From the NCBI GenBank assembly GCA_030704615.1, contig CM060732.1:13330001-13394000 (forward strand): a stretch of 64,000 nt of DNA. The letters run 5' to 3'. Positions 62,598 through 64,000 of this stretch are shown here, in pieces. Each line of letters starts with the position of its first letter. Within the stretch, counting starts at the first letter, position 1. The notes beneath the pieces are model-generated. The model did not search any database. It was given only the letters and a program-made list of their open reading frames with translations, and was not told the DNA's origin. The stretch is from Takakia lepidozioides. Lineage: Eukaryota; Plantae; Bryophyta. Both the position numbers and the translations under genes were made by a program.

Positions 62598-64000
62598 AAA
62601 ATATTAGAATAGCATGAAACATTCGGAAGAGGTACTAGGGTAGTACAATAAGGTTTGGGGTGTAACTAAAGAGAAGTGTAATAAGGTTTGGGTTTACACT
62701 AAGGATAAGGGTTTAGGGTTTGGATTTAGGGTACAAAAAGACAAACAAATATGATGGACTCACACTCGGTAGAATTAAGAAATGGTTGAGGAATTTGATA
62801 TCCCTGTAATCCTTCTATCATACCTTATCCAACAAAAGAAAATATTAAAAGAGCATGAAACATTGAGAAGCGGTAACATGGTAGTACAATAAGGTTTGGA
62901 GTGTAACTAGGGTAGTACACTAAAGTTATTGGTTTATGGTAAGATTAATGGTTTAGGGATGATGGTAAAGGTAGGGTTTTCGGTTTGGGTTTAAGAACAC
63001 TATTGGACAAAGAAATATGGAAGACTCACAGTCGCTAGAACTTGGTGTGTGTTAGTAGGATATAAAATAAAATAAAAAATGGATAAACAAATATTATGGA
63101 AGAGTCATTGGGCCGGAGAAGTATTTAGATTGAGGATTCGTCCTTGGAACCTGGTATTAAGATACATATGGTTATGGTATGGATACTTCATTCCCATTTG
63201 TAGAGGAAGGATAAGGGTTTAGACGTAACAATGGCACAGGGTTTTGTTTAGGGTTCCCGACAAGGGTTTAGGATTTGGGTTGAAGGCAGAAATGGTGAGC
63301 ATACATGCCAGAAGACTCGCACTCGCTACAACTTAGTGTTGTTAGTAAGGTAGTACTAAGCAAAATAAAAATGAAGAACCTAATATTATGGAAGTGTAGT
63401 CATTGCATCGGACAAGTATGTAAATGAAAGACTCGTCCTTGGAACCTGGTATTAAGATACATAGAAAGCAAAGTTCGATAAAAAAAGATAAGTGCATGTC
63501 AATCCAAACCAAAAGCAAAACCTTGCGCAAGGTGAAGGGCAAAGAGATTTGAATAACCCTAAATAGTTATGGTTATGGTATAGATACTTCATTCCCAGTT
63601 GCAGGGGGAGGGTAAGGGTTTAGACGTAACAATGGCATAGGGTTTTCCTTAGGGTTTTCGACGAGGGTTTAGGGCTTGGGTTGAAGGCAGAAATGGTGAG
63701 CATACATGCCGGAAGATTCGCACTCGCTACAACTTAGTGTGTGTTAGTATGGTACAAAATGGAAATTTGGTTACATTGAAGAGATTTGGATAACTAAAAT
63801 GGTTATGGTTATGGTATGGATAGTTGATTCCCATTTGCAAAGGGAAGAGAATGGGTTCTGGGGTATTGGATTAAGAGTAAATGTTTAGGGTTTTCTAGTA
63901 AGGGTTTAGGGTTTTTGTTTAAGTTACAAAATAGACAAACGCTTATGGAAAACTCCAGACTTCGCTAGAAATTAGTGTTGTTAGTAGGGTAGTAGTAAGC
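62598..64000. repeat. Complex satellite with degenerate TTTAGGG telomere-like motifs (runs off the window end)
   Basis: Recurrent blocks GACTC(A/G)CA.TCG(C/G)TA(G/C)AA.TTAGTGT..GTTAGTA (about 62757, 63023, 63314, 63715, 63953), ATGGTTATGGTAT.GATA.TT.ATTCCCA.TTG and TCGTCCTTGGAACCTGGTATTAAGATACAT, interspersed with GGGTTTAGGG. Confidence 0.75.

Overview
Eukaryotic, intron-rich land-plant DNA, most likely from a seed-free lineage (bryophyte, lycophyte or fern), judged from a Replitron-like HUH transposon relic and a copia element primed by a half tRNA-Met. I assembled six protein-coding genes by hand from GT-AG splice sites. They are a DOMON-cytochrome b561 gene (+), a GSK3/SHAGGY-like kinase (-), a UMP-CMP kinase (-), GPAT9 (-), an intronless F-box gene (+) and PP4R3/SMEK (+). 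The main finding is that the UMP-CMP kinase reading frame continues, through two extra in-phase exons, into a complete CaMKII association (hub) domain. The predicted product is a 395-aa protein (transit-peptide-like leader + NMP kinase + hub) that could form ring-shaped kinase oligomers in a lineage regarded as lacking CaMKII. Other notable items: the GSK3 carries both a group-III-like and a nested group-I-like N-terminus, and has a decayed duplicate exon; the Ty1/copia element is rearranged, with an inverted RNaseH-PPT-LTR-PBS-gag junction; a TRIM-like fragment sits next to a tRNA-type Pol III promoter; and there are several MITEs/SINEs and a satellite with telomere-like motifs at the right end. 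All homology calls come from recognising motifs by eye; no database search was run.
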